Source: Candidatus Aveggerthella excrementigallinarum (GTDB lineage: Bacteria > Actinomycetota > Coriobacteriia > Coriobacteriales > Eggerthellaceae). Taken from it: DNA of 64,000 nucleotides. Every line of letters begins with the position of its first letter. Position 1 is the stretch's first letter. The notes below the pieces were generated by a model. That model did no database searches. It saw nothing but the letters and a program-made list of their open reading frames with translations, and was not told where the DNA came from. Below are positions 17,894 through 26,900 of the stretch, piece after piece. A program made the translations under genes and the position numbers. The DNA is taken from contig DVLD01000012.1 in the NCBI GenBank assembly GCA_018715725.1, positions 113 to 64,112 of the forward strand. The letters run 5' to 3'.

Positions 17894-18661
17894 CTACTCG
17901 GCGGCCGGAGCCTCGGCAGCCGGGGCCTCCTCAGCGGCCGGAGCCTCAGCCTCGGCGGCCATCTCCTCAGCGGAGACCGGGGCGACGCCGCCGGCCAGAA
18001 CCGCGTCGGCCATGAAGTCGGACAGCAGGCGGACCGAGCGGATGGCGTCGTCGTTGGCCGGGATGCCGTAATCGACGTCGTCCGGATCGCAGTTGGTATC
18101 GAGCGTGCCGACGATGGTGATGCCCAGGCGGCGGGCCTCATGGACGGCAATCTGCTCGCGGTTGGTGTCGATGATGAAGATGGCGTCCGGAACCTTCTTC
18201 ATGTTGCGGATGCCGTTGAGGTTGGTCTGCAGCTTGGACAGCTCCTTGCGCAGCAGAATCTGCTCCTTCTTCGGCAGCTTCTCCATGCGACCGTCGGTCT
18301 CCATGGCCTCGAGCTCCTCCATGCGCTGCACGCGGGAGCGGATGGTCACGAAGTTGGTCAGCATGCCGCCGAGCCAGCGGGCGTTGACGTAGGGCATGCC
18401 GCAGCGGTTCGCAGCCTCGGCAACGGGCTCCTGAGCCTGCTTCTTCGTGCCGACGAACAGCAGGGTGCCGCCCTTCTTGGCCAGGTCGCAGGCGTAGGTG
18501 TAAGCCTGGTCGAGGCCGACGAGGGTCTGCTTGAGGTCGAGGATGTAGATGTCACCGCGGTTGCCGAAGATGTACGGACGCATCTTCGGGTTCCAACGGC
18601 GCGTCTGGTGGCCGAAGTGAGCGCCTGCGTCAAGCAGGGTCTGCAGATTGATTTTTGCCAT
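17894..18661 (-). CDS. rpsB: 30S ribosomal protein S2
   Basis: [30 protein letters not shown] and PANDDAIRS motifs. Confidence 0.98.
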   Translation of the reverse strand: MAKINLQTLLDAGAHFGHQTRRWNPKMRPYIFGNRGDIYILDLKQTLVGLDQAYTYACDLAKKGGTLLFVGTKKQAQEPVAEAANRCGMPYVNARWLGGMLTNFVTIRSRVQRMEELEAMETDGRMEKLPKKEQILLRKELSKLQTNLNGIRNMKKVPDAIFIIDTNREQIAVHEARRLGITIVGTLDTNCDPDDVDYGIPANDDAIRSVRLLSDFMADAVLAGGVAPVSAEEMAAEAEAPAAEEAPAAEAPAAE

Positions 18662-18955
18662 TTCTTTCTCCGTTCGTTAATCCTCTGCGAAGCTTCATCC
18701 CCCGGCCCGCAGCCCCGCGGGGCCACTGGCAGACCGAAGTCCCCTCCGCATGCGTAATCAGAAACTGCAAAAGAATAACACCCTGGGCGCAAGCGCGCAA
18801 GGATGATGGACACGCAAGGCTCATGACGCATAAGCCCAAACACACTTCGCGGCACATAAGGCCGACATCCCCTCGTTCATCCCTGTCGCTCATCCGGCGG
18901 CGCTCAGTCGCCCTTTCGAAGGTGCCGACCATCCTTCGGCCGCATCCACGTCGCT

Positions 18956-19060
18956 TTCCTGCGGCATCCAGCCGCTCATCCGACACGTCGCCTTCCCGCA
19001 GCATCCAGCCACTCGTCCGACACATTGCCTTCCTGCAGCATCCAGCTGCTCGTCCGACAC
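18956..19060. repeat. About three tandem 37-bp repeats (TTCCYGCRGCATCCAGCYRCTCRTCCGACAC...)
   Basis: Units start at 18956, 18993 and 19030; contiguous, with no spacers. Confidence 0.85.
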
Positions 19061-19267
19061 ACGTAGACGGAAATAATTGGCGTTTCTGCACCCGTTTTCG
19101 AAGTTTTTGACCAAAATATCCGTTCACCGTTGGGAGAGCGTAAACCCGTCTGGCCATGGGTTGACTAGACGCGACAAGTGCATGCCCCTGAACTGGTGTT
19201 TTGCAATTGTTCCTTGCAGTCAGTCGCCCCTATTCGTCACCCAACGACTACCGCAGCCGCCTCCGGA

Positions 19268-19322
19268 CGACACTCGCCGGAAATTATTGCCGCCATCGCG
19301 ACACTAGCCGGAAATTCTTGCC
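19268..19322. repeat. 24-bp direct repeat CGACACTMGCCGGAAATTMTTGCC, 31-bp period
   Basis: Copies at 19268-19291 and 19299-19322 differ at 2 positions; a degenerate third copy lies at about 19055-19081. Confidence 0.85.
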
Positions 19323-19551
19323 AAAAACCGCGATTTCGCTTGCGCGGCCCGCAAAGAAGAGCTTGGGCTCGCATATTCAGACGGCGCGGGCAGAGAAGGG
19401 CATGTCGCAGCGTCAGCTTGCGCTCGTGACGGGCACCAGCCGCTCGTACCTGTGGCGCATTGAGTCGGGCACGGCGGACGTGGGCATCGACGTGCTGTGC
19501 CGTATCTCCCGCGCGCTCGACGTCGAGGTAGCCGACCTCATCGATTTCTAG
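19318..19551 (+). CDS. XRE/Cro-type HTH protein (start uncertain)
   Basis: LGSHIQTARAEKGMSQRQLA...SRSYLWRIESG...RISRALDV is a typical HTH_3 pattern; in-frame TTG at 19318 used, no clear RBS. Confidence 0.75.
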   Translation: MPKTAISLARPAKKSLGSHIQTARAEKGMSQRQLALVTGTSRSYLWRIESGTADVGIDVLCRISRALDVEVADLIDF

Positions 19552-19617
19552 CAGGCACGCGCGTCGTCACGCATGTCGTCACGCGCCTCACCATACCGCT
19601 CCGACCAGCGGGATTCC

Positions 19618-19632
19618 TCAGTTGCCAACTGA
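19618..19632. promoter_or_regulatory. Palindromic operator candidate TCAGTTG-C-CAACTGA, copy 1
   Basis: Perfect 7-1-7 inverted repeat, 24 nt before the TAGCAT hexamer of an extended -10 upstream of the 19692 gene. Confidence 0.7.
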
Positions 19633-19691
19633 ATAGCCCGGCGATGCGGCGTGTGCTAGCATGCGGTGCGACCGACCACGAAGGAGCGCGC

Positions 19692-20126
19692 ATGCCTGCC
19701 GAAAAGCTCACCGAAGACCTGCTCGAACGCTTGCTCGCCGCCACGAGCCCCGAAGCGTACCTGGCCGAGGGCGAGACGCTCGACCGCGAGCTGAAGGACT
19801 ACCTGCATGAGCTGATCGACGAGCGCGGCATGACGCGTGCCGACGTCTACCGCGCCGCGAAGCTCAACCCCACCGTCGTCTACGACATCTTCGCCGGCAA
19901 AAGCAGGCCCGGACGCGACAACGCGCTCATGCTCGCTTTCGGCATGCGATGCGACCTCAAGGAAACGCAACGCCTCCTGCGCCTCGCGGGCGTCTCGGAG
20001 CTGTGGCCGAAAGTGCGCCGTGACGCCATCGTCATCTGGTGCGTTGAGCACGGCATGACGCTCAACGAATGCGACGAGGAGCTGTGGCGCCTGGGCGAAA
20101 AGACCCTCTTCGACTCTGAGCGATAG
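19692..20126 (+). CDS. XRE-like HTH transcriptional regulator (144 aa)
   Basis: AAGGAG RBS; central HTH (RGMTRADVYRAAKLNPTVVYDIFAGKSRPGRD); 4 bp from the kinase gene. Confidence 0.8.
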   Translation: MPAEKLTEDLLERLLAATSPEAYLAEGETLDRELKDYLHELIDERGMTRADVYRAAKLNPTVVYDIFAGKSRPGRDNALMLAFGMRCDLKETQRLLRLAGVSELWPKVRRDAIVIWCVEHGMTLNECDEELWRLGEKTLFDSER

Positions 20127-20130
20127 CGCC

Positions 20131-21882
20131 GTGACCACCCCGCAGCCAAACAGCCAGGACGAACGTCGCGTGGCGCACGCCATGAGCATCGACGACGCGT
20201 ATCGCGTTGAACGCGTGCTCGCACGGAACGCGCAGGGGATCACCGAGCTTGTCACCATCGACGGGGCAGGCCCTTTCGTTCGCAAGAAAATCCCGTGCGC
20301 CCTCGCCCACCGCACCGTGTGGGCGGCGTTGGCAACCTGCTCGAACCCCGGCCTTCCGCGCGTCCAAGCGACGTACGAGACGCCTGATTGGTTCGCCGTG
20401 GTGCTCGAGTTCGTCCCTGGCGAAACGCTTGAGCACATCGTCGAAGCGACCGGCGCCATGCCCGCGAACGAGGCGGCTCGGCGCGCGCTCGGCATCTGCT
20501 CCGCCGTTGAGGAGCTGCACACCCACGGCATCATCCACCGCGACCTCTCGCCGACGAACGTGGTGGCAAACGGCGACGGCGTTCACCTCATCGACCTGGG
20601 CACTGCGCACATGACAACCGAGCCCGCCTCCCCCAGCGAGCCGCCGTTTGGCACGTGGGGCTTCGCCGCGCCCGAACAGCACGGATTCGCCGAGGCGGAC
20701 GAGCGTTCAGACGTCTATGCGATCGGACGGCTGCTCGGCTACCTGCTCACCGGAGCTCGGCCCGACGACCAGCAGTTCGAGCAAATCCTGAACGACGAAA
20801 GCGTCGTCCCTCCGCGCCTGCGCACCGTCATCGAGCGCGCCTGCGCCTTCGAGCCGAGCGCCCGCTACCAAAGCGCCCGCGAGCTGGCGGCGGCGATTGG
20901 CGGGAAAGAGCGCGCAAGTGCGCCGGTCGTTCACACGGCCATGCCAGCACCTGCGGCTGCCGCGCAGCCTGCCCCCGCCAGCGCAAGCGCCGTCCCCACG
21001 CACGCTACCAGCAAAAACGCGTCCGCACGAAATCATCGCCCGCCCATCGTGTTCGGCGCCGCGGTGGTCGCGGCCATCGCCGTGATTGGCGCCGTTTGCT
21101 GGGCAGGGCTCAACGGCATGCACGAAGGCCCCGCGCAAAACCGTGCGAGCGTCTCCGAGGGCGGCATCGAGTGCACCGCCGAACAGCAACCCGAACGCGG
21201 CGACAAACAGCAGCCTGAGCGCAACGACGAAAGCGCAAGCGAACAGTCCGACGCCGCGCCCTCTCACGATGCGGCCTCAGCCACCGCTGCATCCACCGCC
21301 TCAGACGCCTCGCTTGAGCTCGTCGAATCTGGGTGGTCGCCCATCGAGCACGGGCTCGTCAGCTACGCGTTCGGCATCCGCAACACAAGCGAGACCGAGA
21401 CCATCGACTACCCCGAAGTCGTGATCACCGGACGGGCGGCGGACGGCGCGGTCGTGTTTTCGCAACCTCAAGCCCTCATGTCCATCGCTCCGGGCGAAAC
21501 GCTGTACTTCGGCGGTCCGGCAGGATCAGGCACCGCTCCCGCAACCGTCGAATTCTCGGTCAGCGCGCCAAGCGCGCGCGACGCCTCGAGCGCGCACGAG
21601 AAGCGCGCGACGCTTTCCACGTCGCCCACCGTCAGCGCGCAGGAAGGCTCGTTCGGCACCGTCGTGTTCTCAGGGGGCGTGACCATGTCCGAAGGCGCCG
21701 TGCCCGACCTGACGAGCAGCGTCATGGTGACCATCGTGCTGCGCGACGAGACGGGCGCCATCGTCTACGGCGCCACCACGAACACGAGCATCCCCAGCCC
21801 AGGACAGAACGCCCCTTTCGCCTGCGAGGTGTATAACCCGCCCGCATACCTGACCATCGAAGCGCACGCCCAGTTTTGGTAG
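20131..21882 (+). CDS. Membrane-spanning Hanks-type Ser/Thr protein kinase
   Basis: HRDLSPTN, LIDLG, GTWGFAAPEQ and DVYAIG motifs; one TM (IVFGAAVVAAIAVIGAVCWAGL); beta-rich extracellular region. Confidence 0.9.
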   Translation: MTTPQPNSQDERRVAHAMSIDDAYRVERVLARNAQGITELVTIDGAGPFVRKKIPCALAHRTVWAALATCSNPGLPRVQATYETPDWFAVVLEFVPGETLEHIVEATGAMPANEAARRALGICSAVEELHTHGIIHRDLSPTNVVANGDGVHLIDLGTAHMTTEPASPSEPPFGTWGFAAPEQHGFAEADERSDVYAIGRLLGYLLTGARPDDQQFEQILNDESVVPPRLRTVIERACAFEPSARYQSARELAAAIGGKERASAPVVHTAMPAPAAAAQPAPASASAVPTHATSKNASARNHRPPIVFGAAVVAAIAVIGAVCWAGLNGMHEGPAQNRASVSEGGIECTAEQQPERGDKQQPERNDESASEQSDAAPSHDAASATAASTASDASLELVESGWSPIEHGLVSYAFGIRNTSETETIDYPEVVITGRAADGAVVFSQPQALMSIAPGETLYFGGPAGSGTAPATVEFSVSAPSARDASSAHEKRATLSTSPTVSAQEGSFGTVVFSGGVTMSEGAVPDLTSSVMVTIVLRDETGAIVYGATTNTSIPSPGQNAPFACEVYNPPAYLTIEAHAQFW

Positions 21883-21899
21883 GTTCCGGCGCAAAGGAT

Positions 21900-21914
21900 T
21901 CAGTTGGCAACTGA
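21900..21914. promoter_or_regulatory. Palindromic operator candidate TCAGTTG-G-CAACTGA, copy 2
   Basis: Same 7-1-7 inverted repeat as 19618-19632, 22 nt before a CACAAT -10-like hexamer upstream of the lipoprotein gene. Confidence 0.7.
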
Positions 21915-22008
21915 TGCGCGCCCCTGCTCGATTCGGCACAATCGCCAGAACGCCTTCATGCCCGCACGACGTCGCTCGTGCCACCAAAACGAGAGGGGAC
22001 GAAACACC

Positions 22009-22878
22009 ATGAATCGCATCGCCATTATCGTCATCGCGCTCGCGCTGGCTTCCTGCCTTGCCGCCTGCACGACGAGCGTGCCGACCGACCAAACCACCAC
22101 ATCAAACACCGACAGCCAGGGCAGCCCCTCCACATCCCCCGAACGCGCCGTGAGCGCCGAGGACATCGCGTGGACCGTGGAACCGGGCTCGATCGAAGGG
22201 AACGACATGATCGTGCTCAACTACACGAACAATTCCTCGGTCGACGTGTTCGGTGTCCGGCTCGAGTTCAGGCAGGCGGACGGGGTGACCGACGAGCAGC
22301 GCGCCGTCTTCGACGAGCTCTACGAATCGAACAGCATGTGGGAGGACATGAACGGAGGCAAGGACGAAGTGTACGTGGGCGCGTCGAGCGAGCGCTACCT
22401 GCAGCCCGGCGAGAGCAACACGACGCCCTGCACGTTCAATTTCACCGCGACCCCCGTGTCGAGCATGGAGCAATACGAGCTCATGGAGCCTAAAACCCTG
22501 AGCATCGCCTACAAAAACGGCGACCGCGTCTATCTCGAATATTACGACTTCGCCACCGACAGCTACTCGTCTTCGAGCCAGGGCGACAAACAGGCCGTCA
22601 CCTGGTCGAACTCCGAGATCGCGCAGCTGATTCCCCGCATCGAAGCGCCCGTTGTCGGCGTTTCGAGCGACTCGAGCGACTACTTCTCGGCAAGCGCGTA
22701 CGGCGTGACGCGCGGACAGTACGAGTCGTACGTCGCCGAGCTGGAGAACCGAGGGTTCACCGCGGACGCAAGCAAGAGCACGAACTACTTCATGGCGTCG
22801 AACGCCGACGGATACGACGTGACCGCCAGCTTCAACGGCCCCGACGAGTCTATGAGCGTCAACATCAACACGTACTAG
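22009..22878 (+). CDS. Lipoprotein of unknown function (289 aa)
   Basis: GAGGGG RBS; signal peptide with lipobox LAAC; T/S-rich linker; acidic globular region. Confidence 0.85.
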   Translation: MNRIAIIVIALALASCLAACTTSVPTDQTTTSNTDSQGSPSTSPERAVSAEDIAWTVEPGSIEGNDMIVLNYTNNSSVDVFGVRLEFRQADGVTDEQRAVFDELYESNSMWEDMNGGKDEVYVGASSERYLQPGESNTTPCTFNFTATPVSSMEQYELMEPKTLSIAYKNGDRVYLEYYDFATDSYSSSSQGDKQAVTWSNSEIAQLIPRIEAPVVGVSSDSSDYFSASAYGVTRGQYESYVAELENRGFTADASKSTNYFMASNADGYDVTASFNGPDESMSVNINTY

Positions 22879-22956
22879 GCAGCCTGCGGCGCAAGGCAGA
22901 AACTCCACGCCTCACGGCTCGCGCCGCACGCCTCGCGCCGCACCCCCTCCAACACC

Positions 22957-22996
22957 ACGAAAGCCGCCGCGCCCATCAGGACGCGGCGGCTTTCGT
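22957..22996. terminator. Hairpin terminator between the convergent lipoprotein and tig genes
   Basis: ACGAAAGCCGCCGC/GCGGCGGCTTTCGT inverted repeat. Confidence 0.8.
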
Positions 22997-23024
22997 TCGC
23001 ACGGAGCTTCGTGTTGTCCTGCGC

Positions 23025-24308
23025 TTAGTCGGTGTAGGTGATGTCGGCGTGCTCGACGACCCAGCGGGCGGCCTTGTTGCGCTCGGCCATCTCGCGCAGG
23101 GCGTAGCCGTTGCCCGTCTCCTCCATCTGCATGCGCGCCAACTGCGGACCCTGCGGGTTGATGATGCGGCAGGTCTCCATGATGTCCTCGTCGGTGAGGG
23201 TCAGCTTCTCGTGGCGGTACACCGCGTCGAGCGCGAAGCCGTTCACGAGCGCCATGCGGGTCTGCACCATGAGCATCATGCCGAACTGCTGCTGGCCGCC
23301 GTTCTGTTCGATGAACTTGTCGAGCGACATGCCCTGGGCCTGCAGCTCGGTGCTCAGCTGCTTGAGCTGCGTCTCGCGCATAGCCTCGTAGAGGGCATCG
23401 TCGATGGAGCCCTTGAAGCGCTGCGAGAGCTTCGTGAGCGCCAGGTTCTCTAGGTAGGCGTTGTACTCCTGGCGATGGGCGCTCTCGAGCTGGTACTCAA
23501 TGCTCTCGCGGAACGCCTTCGCGTCGCGGAAGAACGGCATGTTCTTGGCAACCCACTCGTCCGTGATCTCGGGCACGACCTGCTTTTGCAGCTCGAGCAC
23601 CTTCACGTGGCAGGTGACCTTGACCACGTCGTCGCCGCCCGGCGCCTGGAAGGCGAAATCCTTCTCCTGGCCCGGCTCCATGCCGACGAGCTGGTCGTCG
23701 AAGGCGCCCGGCATGTAGCCCTGGCCGACCGGGTAGGTGCGGCGCTCGGTGTTGAACGCGGCGAAGTCCTCGCCGTCCTGCTTCGTGTCGGAGATGGAGA
23801 TCTCCACGAAGTCGCCCTTCTTGACCGGACGCGGGTCGATGGCCTCGTAGCTGCAGAAGCCCTGCGCCGCGGCCTTCACTTGCTCGTCCACTTCGCGCGG
23901 GTCGATGGAGAAGCGCTTCGCCGTGAACGCGACCGGCTCGTAGGAATCAAGCTCGTACTCCGGCTTCGGCAGGATCTCCATGGTGAACGTGAACTCCTCG
24001 CCGCGCTTGAGCGTGGTCTGCGCCACCGGCTTCGGCGGGAACGCCGGCACGATGCCCTTCTTGTCGATGGCGAAGGGCACAAGGAACTCCGGCACGCGCG
24101 GCATCACGAGCGCGTCCAGGTTCGGCACGCCCAGGCGCTCTTCCGCCTGCTCGGCGAACGGCTTGCCCTGCTCGGGCTCCACGCCCATCTGCTGCAGGAA
24201 CGCCACCGACGCCCAGTCGAACGCCTTGTCCACGTCGACCGCGGATGCGGTAGCCTCCACGAGCACGCGCTTGCCCACCAGCTTCTTCTGCACAACCTTC
24301 ATGCGCAT
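23025..24308 (-). CDS. Trigger factor-like protein (divergent paralog)
   Basis: Trigger-factor length and architecture; FKBP-like domain (VKKGDFV...FDDQLVGMEPGQEKDF), VPEITDEWV; canonical GFRxGxxP loop absent. Confidence 0.8.
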   Translation of the reverse strand: MRMKVVQKKLVGKRVLVEATASAVDVDKAFDWASVAFLQQMGVEPEQGKPFAEQAEERLGVPNLDALVMPRVPEFLVPFAIDKKGIVPAFPPKPVAQTTLKRGEEFTFTMEILPKPEYELDSYEPVAFTAKRFSIDPREVDEQVKAAAQGFCSYEAIDPRPVKKGDFVEISISDTKQDGEDFAAFNTERRTYPVGQGYMPGAFDDQLVGMEPGQEKDFAFQAPGGDDVVKVTCHVKVLELQKQVVPEITDEWVAKNMPFFRDAKAFRESIEYQLESAHRQEYNAYLENLALTKLSQRFKGSIDDALYEAMRETQLKQLSTELQAQGMSLDKFIEQNGGQQQFGMMLMVQTRMALVNGFALDAVYRHEKLTLTDEDIMETCRIINPQGPQLARMQMEETGNGYALREMAERNKAARWVVEHADITYTD

Positions 24309-24512
24309 TCTCTCCTTGCCTATCGCCCACCGTGCGCAGCCTCCGACGGCGGCGCGCCGCGCGGGCCGCCCAGCGCCAGGGCGCGGGCGGTTCCTTCTCG
24401 TCTCCTCGCCGCCACGAAGCGCGGCGGCGTTCGTTCACTTCGCTTGCGTATTGTATCCGAACCAGGACGAAACGCGGCACGAATCGTGCGCGCGCCGCGT
24501 CCGCCCCTGGTG

Positions 24513-24547
24513 AAAAACAGCCCCGAACCGCAGGGTTCGGGGCTGTC
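24513..24547 (-). terminator. Intrinsic terminator after the EF-G-like gene
   Basis: ACAGCCCCGAAC/GTTCGGGGCTGT stem with an A-run (T-run on the minus strand). Confidence 0.8.
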
Positions 24548-24567
24548 ATTCTCAGGCTGCTGCGCGC

Positions 24568-26628
24568 TTAGGCGCGGGATGCCTCGTACTGCTCGATGAG
24601 CTTCTTCTGCACATCGTGCGGGGCCTCTTCGTAGCCGTTCACCTCGATGGTGTAGGAGCCGCTGCCGCGCGAGAGCGAGCGCAAATCCTTCGTGTAGCTC
24701 ACGACCTCAGCATAGGGCACGCGCACCAGGATGACGGTCTCGCCCGCGTCGTTGGAGTCGGTGCCGACGATGCGACCGCGCTTCATGGAAATGTCGCCCA
24801 TGATGGTGCCGGCGTACTCTTCGCCCACCGTGATGGCCATGTCGGCCATGGGCTCAAGGATGACCGGGCTCGCCTTCTCGCACGCGGCGCGGAAGCCGAT
24901 GCGCGCGGCGGTCTTGAACGCCATCTCGTTGGAGTCGACGCTGTGGTAGCTGCCGTCGAAGACCGTGCACTTGATGTCCTGCATCGGATAGCCCGCCACG
25001 AAGCCCTCGGCCATGGCCTCCTGGACGCCCTTGTCGACGGCCGGAATCAGGCCGTTCGGAATGGCGCCGCCCTTGATCTCGTCCACGAACTCGTAGCCCG
25101 CGCCCGGGTTGGGCTCAAGGCGCAGCCAGCAATCGCCGAACTGGCCAGCGCCGCCAGTCTGCTTCTTGTGGCGACCCTGCGCCTCGGCGGTCTTGCGGAT
25201 GGTCTCGCGGTACGGGATGCGCACGGGCACGAGGCGCGCCTCGACGCCGGCCTGGGCCTTCATGCGGTTGAGCATGGCGTCGATCTGCGTCTCGCCCAGG
25301 GCGTAGACGAGAGTCTGGTGCGTCTCGTCGTTGCGCTCGATGCGGATGGTCGGGTCGGAATCGGCCGTGCGGGTCAAGAACGTGCCGACCTTGTCCTCCT
25401 CGTTGCGGTTGGCCGCCTCGATGGCCACCGGGTACAGCGGCGTGGGCAGCGGGAACGGGTCGATGGCCATATCGCCGCTCTGGGAGAGCGTGTCGCCGGT
25501 CTTCGCGTCGGACAGCTTCGGGATGACCACGATGTCGCCCGCCTTCGCGGACTTCACGTCGGTGGTCTCCTTGCCCATCATGACGTTGATCTTGCCAATG
25601 CGGTCCTTCTTGCCGGTGCGGGAGTTGATGAGCTCCTGGCCAGGCTCGAGGACGCCGGTGATGACCTTCACGAAGCTCAGGCGGCCGACGTACGGGTCCG
25701 AGACGGTCTTGAACACGAAGAAGCTCGTCTCGCCCTCGGTGGTGACCATGGTCTCCTCGCCGTTTGACAGGCGGAAGCGACCGTGCGCGGTCGGGCTCGG
25801 GAAGTACGTGGCAACGTCCTCCATGAAGCCCTTGATGCCCTGCTCGATGATGGTGGAGCCCACGTACACCGGGATGAACAGCTCCTGCGCGATGGCCTTG
25901 TCCAGCAGGCTCTCCAGCTCTTCCTGGGTGAGCTGCTCTTCGCCCTCCAGGTACTTCATCATGAGCTCGTCGTCAGCCTCGGCCACCTGGTCGCAGAGCT
26001 TATCGCGCGCAGCCTGGGCGGCGTCCTGGTACTCGGCCGGAATCTCGTCGATGACCTCGCCGCCGTCGACGGTGTAGTAGCGCGCTTTCATGCGCAGGAT
26101 GTCGATGACGCCCTTGAAGTCCTTGTCGACGCCGATCGGGATGGTGACCGGGCCCAGGCGCGAGCCGAAGCGCGCGTGCAGCATGGCCATGGCAGTGTCG
26201 AAATTGGCGTTCTCGCGGTCGATATGGTTGATGAACACGGCTCGGCAAAGTCGCATGTCCTCCGCTTCGCGCCACAGCTTGTTGTGCATGACCTGCGGGC
26301 CGGCAACGGCGTCGACCACGAACAGCGCGGTCTCGGCGGCCTGCATGGACGCCAGGGCGTCGCCCAGGAAGTCGGGCTGACCCGACGTGTCGATCAGGTT
26401 GATCTTGAAGTCCTTGTAGGGGATGGGCGCCAGAGAGGTGCCGATGGTGAAACGACGGCGGATCTCCTCGTCGTCGTAGTCCAGGTACGATTTGCCATCG
26501 TGCGTGGTGCCCATGCGAGGGGTCTTGCCGGACACGTGAAGCATGGCCTCGGCGAACGAGGTCTTGCCCGAGCCGTCCTGGCCGACCAGCACGATGTTTC
26601 GCACATGTTCGGTAGCGGGAGCTGCCAT
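24568..26628 (-). CDS. Elongation factor G-like protein (EF-G2 type)
   Basis: Five-domain EF-G layout, PYRETI, KKQTGGAGQFG and DGSYHSVDS motifs; G-motifs are altered. Confidence 0.9.
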   Translation of the reverse strand: MAAPATEHVRNIVLVGQDGSGKTSFAEAMLHVSGKTPRMGTTHDGKSYLDYDDEEIRRRFTIGTSLAPIPYKDFKINLIDTSGQPDFLGDALASMQAAETALFVVDAVAGPQVMHNKLWREAEDMRLCRAVFINHIDRENANFDTAMAMLHARFGSRLGPVTIPIGVDKDFKGVIDILRMKARYYTVDGGEVIDEIPAEYQDAAQAARDKLCDQVAEADDELMMKYLEGEEQLTQEELESLLDKAIAQELFIPVYVGSTIIEQGIKGFMEDVATYFPSPTAHGRFRLSNGEETMVTTEGETSFFVFKTVSDPYVGRLSFVKVITGVLEPGQELINSRTGKKDRIGKINVMMGKETTDVKSAKAGDIVVIPKLSDAKTGDTLSQSGDMAIDPFPLPTPLYPVAIEAANRNEEDKVGTFLTRTADSDPTIRIERNDETHQTLVYALGETQIDAMLNRMKAQAGVEARLVPVRIPYRETIRKTAEAQGRHKKQTGGAGQFGDCWLRLEPNPGAGYEFVDEIKGGAIPNGLIPAVDKGVQEAMAEGFVAGYPMQDIKCTVFDGSYHSVDSNEMAFKTAARIGFRAACEKASPVILEPMADMAITVGEEYAGTIMGDISMKRGRIVGTDSNDAGETVILVRVPYAEVVSYTKDLRSLSRGSGSYTIEVNGYEEAPHDVQKKLIEQYEASRA

Positions 26629-26900
26629 GATGAACCACCAACTTTCCTGTTGTGTGGCCAAGTTCCGTGCCCATTGCCCTGCGCAAAAGGCACGGTCCTT
26701 TGCCGAGCCTTACACAAACAAAACAATGGCGTTAGTGTATCGCATTTTCTCCACAACTCCGACGGCGATGACGGGCGTTCTCTGTGTCAAGAGGGATTTG
26801 CGAAAAGGAAGCGCGCCCGAAACGCGCGACGCCCGCCGGCGGGAGCCGACGGGCGTCGTTGCGCACTATGAAACGACGAGGGGACGCTCGCGCCCGAAGG

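Noticed and set aside
18662-18780. S2 autoregulatory leader RNA upstream of rpsB
   Set aside because: Plausible from precedent, but I could not match a defined structure by eye, so it is not called.
18956-19060. 37-bp repeats as a CRISPR array
   Set aside because: The units are contiguous with no unique spacers, are degenerate, and no cas genes are present in the window.
20131-20900. Kinase as a pseudokinase (no GxGxxG; HRDLSP; DLG)
   Set aside because: The catalytic Asp and Asn, the metal-binding Asp, a candidate beta-3 Lys (VRKK) and APE are retained, so inactivity cannot be claimed.
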